This document shows, piece by piece, positions 1 through 8,348 of a stretch of 64,000 nucleotides of DNA. The stretch covers positions 83,694 to 147,693 of the IMG/VR virus record IMGVR_UViG_3300026320_000001. One strand, given 5' to 3'. The notes below the pieces were generated by a model. The model worked only from the letters and a program-made list of their open reading frames with translations. It did not search any database and was not told the origin of the DNA. Numbering within the stretch: position 1 is the stretch's first letter; each line of letters begins with the position of its first letter. The DNA comes from a virus. A program made the position numbers and the translations under genes.

Positions 1-2
1 AT

Positions 3-176
3 GATACAGAAACAATCACAGATAGAATCGCCCGTCATAGTCAAAAACCAGCAATTGTAAGAGATAGAATTGTTGATTTAATGGGGGATATTTCTAGAAT
101 AGAATTATTCGCTAGAGATAAAACTAAAGGTTGGGATGTTTGGGGAAATGAAGTAAAATCTGATATTAAATTATAG
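3..176 (+). CDS. MT-A70-family adenine methyltransferase, C-terminal fragment (5' end outside window)
   Basis: Frame 3 reads ...RHSQKPAIVRDRIVDLMGDISRIELFARDKTKGWDVWGNE...*; the HSxKP / IELFAR / GWDxWGNE motifs are the typical MT-A70 C-terminus. Not in the ORF track. Confidence 0.85.
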   Translation, partial: DTETITDRIARHSQKPAIVRDRIVDLMGDISRIELFARDKTKGWDVWGNEVKSDIKL

Positions 177-185
177 GAAAATAAT

Positions 186-416
186 ATGGATACAACACTC
201 ATTGATAAGATATTTCCAAATGGCGTAAAAGAAGATGATACAAAAGTTATTGCTGATGTTATTATATTTGCCATAAAAAATAGAGATTCAAGCGCATGGG
301 AAAAAGCTGGTTTGATGCTTATTGATAAACAAATAATTGATTGGGGAAAACATTGTATCAACATTGCCCATAGATTAGATAAGCAAAAGGAAAAAATTAA
401 AAATGCCACTGTATGA
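186..416 (+). CDS. hypothetical protein
   Basis: 76-aa ORF with AGGA upstream, in operon context. Confidence 0.65.
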   Translation: MDTTLIDKIFPNGVKEDDTKVIADVIIFAIKNRDSSAWEKAGLMLIDKQIIDWGKHCINIAHRLDKQKEKIKNATV

Positions 417-603
417 TTATTTTTGCGATTCATGTGAAAATGAATTTGAAGAAAAAATTTCATATGAAGAAATAGACAATAAAAAAATTAAATGTCCAAA
501 ATGTAAAAGTCAAAAAACAAAGAGAATTATTAATGCGAAACCATTTGTTCGTTATATTGGAGATGGTTGGACACAAGGAATTGATAGGTTGACTGATGAA
601 TAA
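403..603 (+). CDS. FmdB-family zinc-ribbon protein
   Basis: MPLYDYFCDSC...CPKC...GDGW pattern. Confidence 0.85.
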   Translation: MPLYDYFCDSCENEFEEKISYEEIDNKKIKCPKCKSQKTKRIINAKPFVRYIGDGWTQGIDRLTDE

Positions 604-1159
604 TCAAAAAATATTTGCTAGTGATATTGATGATGTCTTATTGAAATTAATACCTCATTGTTTAGATAAATATAATTTAAATTGGAATGATAATTTAAAA
701 GAAGAAGATATTACAGATTGGGCAATTTCTAGTTTTGTTAAACCTGAATGTGGAGAAAAATTTTTTAATTATTTTTCACCAGAAATTTATGATGATATTG
801 ATGTAGTTGAAAATTCATTGTGGGGAATTAATTGTTTAAGAACTCTCGGATATAGGGTTGTCTTTCTAACATCCAATGCTTTTTCTATCGGAAATATAAA
901 GTTAAATGCTCTAAATATTAGAGGATTTAATATTGATGAAAAAGATTATTTTGAAACTAGTGATAAATCCATTGATGGTTCACCAATAAAATATGATTGG
1001 TTATTAGATGATAATATGGATAATATTTTATCAGCACAGGAAAAAGGAATATTATTCACAAGAGCATGGAATAAAAAATATGATTATCAACCTCGTGTTA
1101 ATGAATGGATAGAATTAATTGAAAATTTAGAAAATATAACAAATAGGATTCTTGTATGA
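596..1159 (+). CDS. 5'(3')-deoxyribonucleotidase, HAD superfamily
   Basis: DIDDVL motif I, LLDDN motif IV, AWN near C-terminus. Confidence 0.85.
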   Translation: MNNQKIFASDIDDVLLKLIPHCLDKYNLNWNDNLKEEDITDWAISSFVKPECGEKFFNYFSPEIYDDIDVVENSLWGINCLRTLGYRVVFLTSNAFSIGNIKLNALNIRGFNIDEKDYFETSDKSIDGSPIKYDWLLDDNMDNILSAQEKGILFTRAWNKKYDYQPRVNEWIELIENLENITNRILV

Positions 1160-1542
1160 CAAAAGATATAAAATTAAAAGATTCTGGAGAAAGAAGTTCA
1201 TATAGTTCTGGTGCGGTTAGAGATAATTCTGAAGGAAAAGGAAGATTTGATTTAATACCGTATCAGGGAATGATTAGATTGGCTAGGCATTATGAAGCTG
1301 GTGCAAAGAAATATTCTGATAGAAATTGGGAAAAGGGAATGAATATTTCAAGATATGTTGATGCCGCATTAAGACATCTTTTTAAATATGTCGCCGGTTG
1401 GAATGATGAAGACCATTTGGCCGCTGTAGCATGGAATGTGTTTAGTATAATGCATCACGAGCATTCATTACCAGAATTCCAAGATTTACCAATTTGGAAA
1501 GATAGAAAATCAAATTGGATTGTTGATGAAACAATTGAATAA
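1156..1542 (+). CDS. dATP/dGTP diphosphohydrolase domain protein (DUF5664-like)
   Basis: GAVRD..GKGRFDLIP, GAKKYSDRNWEKG, ALRHL, EDHLAAVAWN motifs. Confidence 0.85.
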   Translation: MTKDIKLKDSGERSSYSSGAVRDNSEGKGRFDLIPYQGMIRLARHYEAGAKKYSDRNWEKGMNISRYVDAALRHLFKYVAGWNDEDHLAAVAWNVFSIMHHEHSLPEFQDLPIWKDRKSNWIVDETIE

Positions 1543-1546
1543 ATAT

Positions 1547-1583
1547 AAATAATAATCCGAAGAAATTTGGATTATTATTTTTT
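1547..1583 (+). terminator. intrinsic terminator-like hairpin
   Basis: AAATAATAATCC...GGATTATTATTT followed by T run, right after a stop codon. Confidence 0.55.
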
Positions 1584-1640
1584 CTTAAATTTCAATAGAA
1601 GGGAGATTGTTTGTAAAAAATAAAAATTTATGGAGGCTAT

Positions 1641-3260
1641 ATGGGATTTGCAGATGATATAATGAAATTGAGATATTCTTGGGATAAAAAAGATGGAACA
1701 AAAGAAGAATGGCCTGATATAGCCAAAAGAGTAGTTAAAAATGTTTTCTCTTCAGTTGAATTTGAAAATAAAAAAGAAATTTCTGATAGAATTATACAAT
1801 TAATTTCTGAAAGAAAATTTATTCCGGGTGGCAGATTTCTTGCACAATCAGGAAGAGATTATCATCAGGTGAATAATTGTTTTTTATTAAAAGTTGAAGA
1901 TACAAGAGAATCTTGGGGTGATTTGGCAAATAAAGCTACAATAATGTTAATGTCCGGCGGTGGATTAGGTGTGGATTATTCTGAACTTAGACCTAAAGAT
2001 ACTCCATTAAAAAGAAGTGGGGGTGTCTCTTCAGGAGTTATTCCTTTGATGAAAATGATAAATGAAATTGGCAGAGGAGTTATGTCTGGTGGAAAACGAA
2101 GAAGTGCAATTTGGGCTGGACTTAGATGGAATCATGGAGATATATTTGATTTCGTAAATATTAAAAATTGGTCTGAAGATATTAAAAAATTGAAACAAAA
2201 AGATTTTGATTTTCCAGCACCTATGGATATGACTAATATATCTGTTATATTAGATAAAGATTTTTTTGATGCTTATGAAAATAAAGAAAACGAAAAACAT
2301 AAACATGCACAAAATGTTTATTGGCAAGTAATAGAAAATATGACTAAATCTGGAGAACCCGGCTTTAGTATTGATTATGAAAATAAAAAAGAATCTTTAA
2401 GAAATGCATGCACTGAAATTGTATCGGAAGAAGATTCGGATGTATGTTGTTTAGGTTCTATAAATTTATCTCAAATAAAAGATATAAATGAATTAAAAGA
2501 AGTTACTGAGTTGGGACAATTATTTTTGATTGTTGGAACTGAATATTCTGATGTTCCACATCCAAAAGTAAAAGAAATACAAAAAAGATTAAGAAGAACT
2601 GGATTAGGATTGATGGGGTTTCATGAATGGTTAATTCGTAGAAATTATAAATACGAACCAAATGAAGAATTGGGAGAATGGTTATCTGTTTGGGAAAAAG
2701 AATCTAATAAATCAGCTAAAAAATGGTCAAAAATATTAGGTTTTAATGAACCGATTAAAAAACGTGCCATTGCACCAAATGGAACTATTTCAATTGCCGG
2801 AGGACAAACAACATCTGGCATAGAGCCTATTTTTAGCGTAGCATATCAAAGAAGATATTTGACCCCTGATGGATGGAAAAAACAATATGTCGTTGATTTT
2901 GTAGCAGAAAAATTACATGAAGAAGGATATGATGTCTCACAAATTGAAGATGCATATTCATTAAGTTTAAATGTTGAAAAAAGAATATCATTTCAAGCAT
3001 TTGTTCAAAAATATGTTGATAATTCAATTTCATCCACGATAAATATGCCAGCTTATGAAACATTGGGAAATAATGATTATAAAAAATTTGGTAAAATATT
3101 AATGAAATATTTGCCTCAACTAAGAGGGATAACCGTATATCCCGATGGAAGTAGGGGCGGGCAACCATTAACTCCTGTTTCATTTGATTTTGCTATATCA
3201 AAAAAGAACGTTGTTTTTGAAGGAAGTGAAGAATGTGCAGATGGTATTTGTGGTGTATAA
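1641..3260 (+). CDS. nrdJ: class II (adenosylcobalamin-dependent) ribonucleotide reductase
   Basis: PGGR, NNCF, GGGLGVDYS, NACTE, CCLGSINL, IAPNGTIS, SGIEP and C-terminal CxxxxC; compact, no nrdB neighbour. Confidence 0.88.
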   Translation: MGFADDIMKLRYSWDKKDGTKEEWPDIAKRVVKNVFSSVEFENKKEISDRIIQLISERKFIPGGRFLAQSGRDYHQVNNCFLLKVEDTRESWGDLANKATIMLMSGGGLGVDYSELRPKDTPLKRSGGVSSGVIPLMKMINEIGRGVMSGGKRRSAIWAGLRWNHGDIFDFVNIKNWSEDIKKLKQKDFDFPAPMDMTNISVILDKDFFDAYENKENEKHKHAQNVYWQVIENMTKSGEPGFSIDYENKKESLRNACTEIVSEEDSDVCCLGSINLSQIKDINELKEVTELGQLFLIVGTEYSDVPHPKVKEIQKRLRRTGLGLMGFHEWLIRRNYKYEPNEELGEWLSVWEKESNKSAKKWSKILGFNEPIKKRAIAPNGTISIAGGQTTSGIEPIFSVAYQRRYLTPDGWKKQYVVDFVAEKLHEEGYDVSQIEDAYSLSLNVEKRISFQAFVQKYVDNSISSTINMPAYETLGNNDYKKFGKILMKYLPQLRGITVYPDGSRGGQPLTPVSFDFAISKKNVVFEGSEECADGICGV

Positions 3261-3293
3261 TATAATTGATAGAATCAAAATTTTATAAATAGT

Positions 3294-3328
3294 AAAAAAA
3301 ATACCCTAGAATTTTCTAGGGTATTTTT
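3294..3328. terminator. bidirectional intrinsic terminator between convergent operons
   Basis: A-run, ATACCCTAGAA-TT-TTCTAGGGTAT, T-run. Confidence 0.85.
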
Positions 3329-3330
3329 AT

Positions 3331-4152
3331 TTAAAACATTATGAAAAATGATGATGCAAGTAACGTAGGAGCAACAAAAGTACCATTTGAAGTAAATGAA
3401 TGAATAGTTTTTCCTCCAGAATGTGTAATTGTTCCTCCGGTTCCATCAACTACACCAGCAGAAGTATAGGATAAAACGCAAATTCCTGAGCCACCATTAC
3501 CTCCATTACTTGCGCCAGCACCACCACCACCGCCGCCGCCAGTATTTGCTGTTCCATTACTTCCTGCTCCTGATGATGCTCCATTTCCGCCTCCACCGGT
3601 TCCTCCTGTTCCACCAGTTCCACCATTTATTCCTCCGCCACCACCGCCAGCATATGTAACCGATGCTCCTGTTATTGATGATGCAAGCCCGGCTCCACCG
3701 TTACCTCCCACACTTGTTGTTCCATTATTTCCTACTGCATTTTTTCCACCACCACCACCAGTTCCAAAGTTTGCAGATGTAACGCCAGTACCACCACTTG
3801 AACCTTGTCCACCTGTACCTGCACCAGCGGTTCCACTAAATCCAGCACCACCGCCAGAACCTCCAGTACGTCCCGGATATTTACTTGTATCAGCACCAGA
3901 CGCAGTTCCACCACCACCACCTTTTGTTGATGTATGGCTATTCCATGTCGAGTCATTTCCATCTGTTCCTTGTGTTGCCGTTCCTCCAGTTGCACCAGCA
4001 CCTCCACCTCCAACAACAACGGGTAGAGATGCTGAAGTAGCAACGGCATCTGTTCCGGTAATCATTCCACCGGCACCACCGCCACCTCCAATAATATTTG
4101 CTCCACCACCTCCACCAGCCACAAGTAAATAATCTATATTTATGTTTGCCAT
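3331..4152 (-). CDS. glycine-rich virion/tail-fibre accessory protein
   Basis: YLLVAGGGGG ... GGGGAGG ... GGNGGSG repeats; last gene of the tail operon. Confidence 0.75.
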   Translation of the reverse strand: MANINIDYLLVAGGGGGANIIGGGGGAGGMITGTDAVATSASLPVVVGGGGAGATGGTATQGTDGNDSTWNSHTSTKGGGGGTASGADTSKYPGRTGGSGGGAGFSGTAGAGTGGQGSSGGTGVTSANFGTGGGGGKNAVGNNGTTSVGGNGGAGLASSITGASVTYAGGGGGGINGGTGGTGGTGGGGNGASSGAGSNGTANTGGGGGGGAGASNGGNGGSGICVLSYTSAGVVDGTGGTITHSGGKTIHSFTSNGTFVAPTLLASSFFIMF

Positions 4153-5904
4153 TTAAGCCTCTTGTGCCGATGCAACCAAGTCCCACTTTGTATCTGTTGA
4201 ATTATAGATAAATCCAAGATATAAAGTTTTACTTATTACAGTTGTTGTTGGCAATGCCGTTCCCATAGCCCTATAGATTGCATTAAAAGCTAAGGCTCTA
4301 GCTGTAGCATTATCTTTTATACGAATAGTTAATTTATATCCTTGTTTTGGACTTCCTCCGGGAATACCAAAAGTAGGTGCGGTAGCAAGAGCGGTAACAG
4401 TAAATAATAAATTATTAATTGCCGCTGTTGGAGTCGGGGTTGAACTTGAAGTAATTGTTTCTGTAGGAATATCTATACTTGGTAATCCACCACTGTAATA
4501 TAAATTTGTTCCATCAGAAATAAATTCCAATACAGTTACAGAACTGGCAACTAAATTAACTTGAGGAACATTGATAAATACAGCGTTCCATGTTGGATTT
4601 CTTCCTCCAGTTCCATCCTGTGTTAAAACAAGCGTGTATATGCCACCAACTTTCAAATTTGTTGGAGCGGCAAATGTTCTGCTTCCACCAAATGTAACTG
4701 TAGCATAACTTCCACTATTTGTATCCCAAGATATTGTTGCACCATCGGTAAGTGCAAACGATGTTTGAGCAGGATTTGTAAGTGTTTTATTTGTTAAAAT
4801 ATCGGTCGTTGCTTTTCCAACTAAAGTATCAGTTGCATCTGGCAATGTCAATGTTCTATCATTTGTATGAGATGAAAGTATTGTCATTGTTTTTCCGGTA
4901 GTTGCACCACCTAGAGATGTTTTTAATGCTTTTGTTACATCAGAAACATTTCCAAAATAAGATGTTGAATCTGACAATATTTTATTTGTTAAAGTATCTG
5001 TTGTTGTTTTTCCAATTAAAGTATCTGTTATATCTGGCAATGTCAAGCTTCTATCGTTTGTATGAGAAGAAACAATAGTCATTGTTTTTGCTGTTGTTGA
5101 ACCGCCTAAAGATGTTTTTAATATTTTTGTAGCATCAGAAACATTAACAAAATATGATGTTGAATCAGAAAATAATTTATTTGTTAAAGTAGATGCTACC
5201 GCATCATAATAAGTTTTTATGGTTGCTTTTAAATTTGCCCATGTTAATTTTTTAAGGACATTTGATGCCGCACTATCCACCAATGGAATTTCATCAGCAT
5301 CTACGGGAGTTGCTTTTGTTGTTGCGGCATGAGTGGTATCTGCAAGCATTCCTGCTTGTGTGGTTGTTCCTAATAATGTATTATCAGAATTGACCGTAAC
5401 AAGATTTCCTGAAGTACCAACTATATTTATTTGGTCTGCACTATTTGCTGACACCCATAACCATCTAGTCCCATCAAATATAAATAAATATTCTCTTCCA
5501 ATTGTTAAATCTGAACCAGTTAAATTTATAGCAGTGCCAGAACTATTATTTTTCATTACGGATTTAATTCCCAATGAATTTATATTTAAAGTTACAGTTC
5601 CACTAGATGTAGTATCTAAAGTTAATATTATTGTCATACCAGTTACATAAGATGTTATCGCTGTTATACCTGTAACGGCATAAAAATTTGCAGATTGAAA
5701 CAATGCTGTTACTGGAATAGAACCCCTTGTAGATTGCAAGCTTGTAATTTGTGCGGCTTGGACACCATATGCAGTATCTATTTTATAAAAATTGCTTGTT
5801 GATGATGGGCCATCAATAACAGCCCTCCAAGTTGCAAAAGTTGCCGCTTGGTCGCCAGTTGAATCATATAAGACTAATCCTAAATTCGGAGTTGTAGTAG
5901 TCAT
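4153..5904 (-). CDS. tail fibre / receptor-binding protein
   Basis: Thr-rich; TPVDADEIPLVDSA, TLTNK repeats and LTQDGTGGR fibre-type motifs; downstream of baseplate genes. Confidence 0.75.
   Translation of the reverse strand: MTTTTPNLGLVLYDSTGDQAATFATWRAVIDGPSSTSNFYKIDTAYGVQAAQITSLQSTRGSIPVTALFQSANFYAVTGITAITSYVTGMTIILTLDTTSSGTVTLNINSLGIKSVMKNNSSGTAINLTGSDLTIGREYLFIFDGTRWLWVSANSADQINIVGTSGNLVTVNSDNTLLGTTTQAGMLADTTHAATTKATPVDADEIPLVDSAASNVLKKLTWANLKATIKTYYDAVASTLTNKLFSDSTSYFVNVSDATKILKTSLGGSTTAKTMTIVSSHTNDRSLTLPDITDTLIGKTTTDTLTNKILSDSTSYFGNVSDVTKALKTSLGGATTGKTMTILSSHTNDRTLTLPDATDTLVGKATTDILTNKTLTNPAQTSFALTDGATISWDTNSGSYATVTFGGSRTFAAPTNLKVGGIYTLVLTQDGTGGRNPTWNAVFINVPQVNLVASSVTVLEFISDGTNLYYSGGLPSIDIPTETITSSSTPTPTAAINNLLFTVTALATAPTFGIPGGSPKQGYKLTIRIKDNATARALAFNAIYRAMGTALPTTTVISKTLYLGFIYNSTDTKWDLVASAQEA
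4790..5190 (-). repeat. internal ~195-bp tandem duplication in the fibre gene
   Basis: Two copies of TLTNKxxSDSTSYFxNVSDxTKxLKTSLGGxTTxKTMTIxSSHTNDRxLTLPDxTDTLxGK; ends approximate. Confidence 0.85.
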
Positions 5905-5922
5905 TATTTTTTTCCTTTCTGA

Positions 5923-6408
5923 TTACGTTAATGTGTAATCCATAGTTCCTAAAGTTTGTGTATCTAATGTCCCTAATGTTTGAGGGTCAAAATCTCCCAA
6001 TAAATTAAAAATAGCATAAATTGCTGTTGCAGTTACATGAATTTTTCCTTCATTTATTATTGTAATTATTTTTTGTTTAGCACGAGAAATAAATATAATA
6101 TCTATTTGACTGTTTATAATAACTACAAATTTCATTATTTGTTTCATTGAATAGTTTATTTTAATATATTTAGCATTAATTGTTTGTGTAATTTTTGTTA
6201 TCAATTTTACAATTGAAACTAATAATTTAATTTTTTTTACATTTATTGTAGCACTTGCTTTACTTAATATTGTGGCAACAAATAAAATATCTAATTGTTG
6301 TATAATTCTAAAAATAAGTGTTGTAGCAAATTGAAATCCAGATATGAATAAAGAAAAAGTTTTATTTTTTCTATTTATTAATTTAAAAGATTTTTTATTT
6401 ATATTCAT
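5923..6408 (-). CDS. hypothetical tail-module protein
   Basis: 161-aa ORF with AGGA RBS between tail genes. Confidence 0.6.
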   Translation of the reverse strand: MNINKKSFKLINRKNKTFSLFISGFQFATTLIFRIIQQLDILFVATILSKASATINVKKIKLLVSIVKLITKITQTINAKYIKINYSMKQIMKFVVIINSQIDIIFISRAKQKIITIINEGKIHVTATAIYAIFNLLGDFDPQTLGTLDTQTLGTMDYTLT

Positions 6409-6425
6409 AACGAATAATTCCTATA

Positions 6426-6833
6426 TTAAGAATTGTTCATTTGAACAGTAATAGCACCAATAGCAAATAAAACTGTTGTTGCAGATGCAACGGCTCTTGA
6501 TGGTGTCAATACGTCAAAAAACCAAATATTTCCTGATGTCAATGCATCAGAAATAAATACATAAGTTATAGTTCCCCATGATGCCGTACTTTCTGCAAAT
6601 GTTACTGCCGCTGAATTTGTTAAAATTCCATTTGATGCTGTTCCCCAATTTGTTTTATCATTTACCAGTGCAACTCTGGCATAAGAACCACCAGAAGGTT
6701 CAGTTGCTCCCGTACCATCAATAGCAATAGCTGTTGTTGATAATCCAAAATACATTGTTCCGGGTGGAGTATATGCAACCGAACCAAAATTTCTATCTAT
6801 AATTTTATTTGCGCTAAAATATGTAATCGCCAT
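6426..6833 (-). CDS. small tail/fibre-associated structural protein
   Basis: YFGLST..EPSGGSYARV..NSAAVTF..WGTIT..DALTSGN pattern common in siphophage tail modules. Confidence 0.75.
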   Translation of the reverse strand: MAITYFSANKIIDRNFGSVAYTPPGTMYFGLSTTAIAIDGTGATEPSGGSYARVALVNDKTNWGTASNGILTNSAAVTFAESTASWGTITYVFISDALTSGNIWFFDVLTPSRAVASATTVLFAIGAITVQMNNS

Positions 6834-6834
6834 T

Positions 6835-7758
6835 TTATTTTTTCTCCTTTTTTATTCCATTTGGAAAATTTAATTTTCTTGATAAATCATTCTGAATAAC
6901 ATAATTATCATATGATATTGCAGAATCTATTTCATTTTTAAAATATCCCAAACATATTCTTTTATTTTTTATTGTTATTCTAGTTCTCCATAAATTACAA
7001 CGAGTATCAAAAATAACACCAATATAAATACTCGATTGTCTTGAAATATGTTCTTGTTCTAATTTATCAATTATTTTTTGATTTTTTTTAATTTCTTTTT
7101 TCGTTATTTTATTTAATTTTGATTTATCATATCCATAATATTTTATTAATCCATCATTATATGCTAAAGCCGCAGAAATTTCAGTTTTATGATAGCCGAG
7201 AGAATGTTTTATTTTTAAATACATTATTTCTGCGTGCCATGAATTATTAAATCTATCCCAATAAACACCGACATATTTACTTGATGTATTTGAGTGTTTA
7301 GAACCTAAACTTGAAATAACCCTAGAATCTTTTTCTTTTTGAGATTGTTTTCTTCCCTTCGTATTGGTATTACCCATCATTGCAATGGACATTTTTTTGT
7401 TTCTCTCTTTTGTATGTCTTCTTCCAAGCATCGGAGCTATTCCACCCGGAGAAATATTATATCCATTTGGTTTTTGAGATTTTAATTTTTTTATCAAATG
7501 AATCTCTCTTATGTGTAATTTTTCCACTTTGCAGAATTCTAAAACACCAATTTCAAAATTTTCTTCACCATATTTATTCCAAGAATTTTGTAATATTAGA
7601 CAATCATCATCATTTTTCCTCAATTCTCTGAGATGTCCCATTATTCTATTCCTCAAATCTTTAGCTTGACCAATATATAATTTTTCATTTATTATGTTTT
7701 TAAAATAATATATTCCAGACTTGCCTTCTAAATCTTCAAATAAATTTATCTTTTTCAT
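6835..7758 (-). CDS. free-standing GIY-YIG homing endonuclease with NUMOD3-like and two AP2-like domains
   Basis: SGIYYF...LYIGQ, GYN..GG, GRRHT, SKYVGV...LGY...AALAYN. Confidence 0.88.
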   Translation of the reverse strand: MKKINLFEDLEGKSGIYYFKNIINEKLYIGQAKDLRNRIMGHLRELRKNDDDCLILQNSWNKYGEENFEIGVLEFCKVEKLHIREIHLIKKLKSQKPNGYNISPGGIAPMLGRRHTKERNKKMSIAMMGNTNTKGRKQSQKEKDSRVISSLGSKHSNTSSKYVGVYWDRFNNSWHAEIMYLKIKHSLGYHKTEISAALAYNDGLIKYYGYDKSKLNKITKKEIKKNQKIIDKLEQEHISRQSSIYIGVIFDTRCNLWRTRITIKNKRICLGYFKNEIDSAISYDNYVIQNDLSRKLNFPNGIKKEKK

Positions 7759-7764
7759 TTTGTT

Positions 7765-8121
7765 TTATGTTAATTCTATGCGGGGAAGAATGAGGCAGAT
7801 TCCCTGTGCTGGACGATACTCACTTCCACCAAAACTTGTGATGATAGGTTGTTGAATATATTTTCCAAAAAATGTTTCTGTATTTGTAGCCGATAATTCA
7901 ATTTTAAATTTATTAGTAGCCGTTATTGTTCCAACAATATGTAGAACAGTAAAATCTGGTTGTCCATAAGGACATAAAACCCAATCTACTGTTGCTCCAC
8001 CTAAATCTAAAGGAGTAACACCATCTTCTTCAAAAACTTCAAATTCAAGAGTATAAGTATTTCCAGCAATAAATGAAAATTCTTCGAGTGAATTTAAGGT
8101 TTTAAAACTTATAAAAGACAT
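7765..8121 (-). CDS. BppU-like baseplate upper protein
   Basis: GNTYTLEF..DGVTPLDLGG pattern; position after Tal. Confidence 0.55.
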   Translation of the reverse strand: MSFISFKTLNSLEEFSFIAGNTYTLEFEVFEEDGVTPLDLGGATVDWVLCPYGQPDFTVLHIVGTITATNKFKIELSATNTETFFGKYIQQPIITSFGGSEYRPAQGICLILPRIELT

Positions 8122-8322
8122 TTAATTTTCCTCCTTTTTTTCTTCAGGTTTATTTTCTTCAATATTTTCAACAACAATCAAATTATCAAATATATTTTTT
8201 AATGCAACTTTAGATAAAAAAATATGTTCTACTCCATTCCCTTTTACCTCTATTTCTGATAAATTGTTATTTATTTTTATTATTATTTCTTTTATTTCTA
8301 TCTCGCTCTTATATTGAAACAT
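8122..8322 (-). CDS. hypothetical protein
   Basis: 66-aa ORF with AAGGA RBS. Confidence 0.6.
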   Translation of the reverse strand: MFQYKSEIEIKEIIIKINNNLSEIEVKGNGVEHIFLSKVALKNIFDNLIVVENIEENKPEEKKEEN

Positions 8323-8348
8323 ACTATATTTTCCTTTTAAAAATTTAT

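Noticed and set aside
41-463. Antisense ORF, and the many other opposite-strand ORFs in the track (e.g. 2833, 3429, 5333, 12328, 27098, 45117, 62487)
   Set aside because: They shadow well-supported genes on the other strand and have no recognisable motifs.
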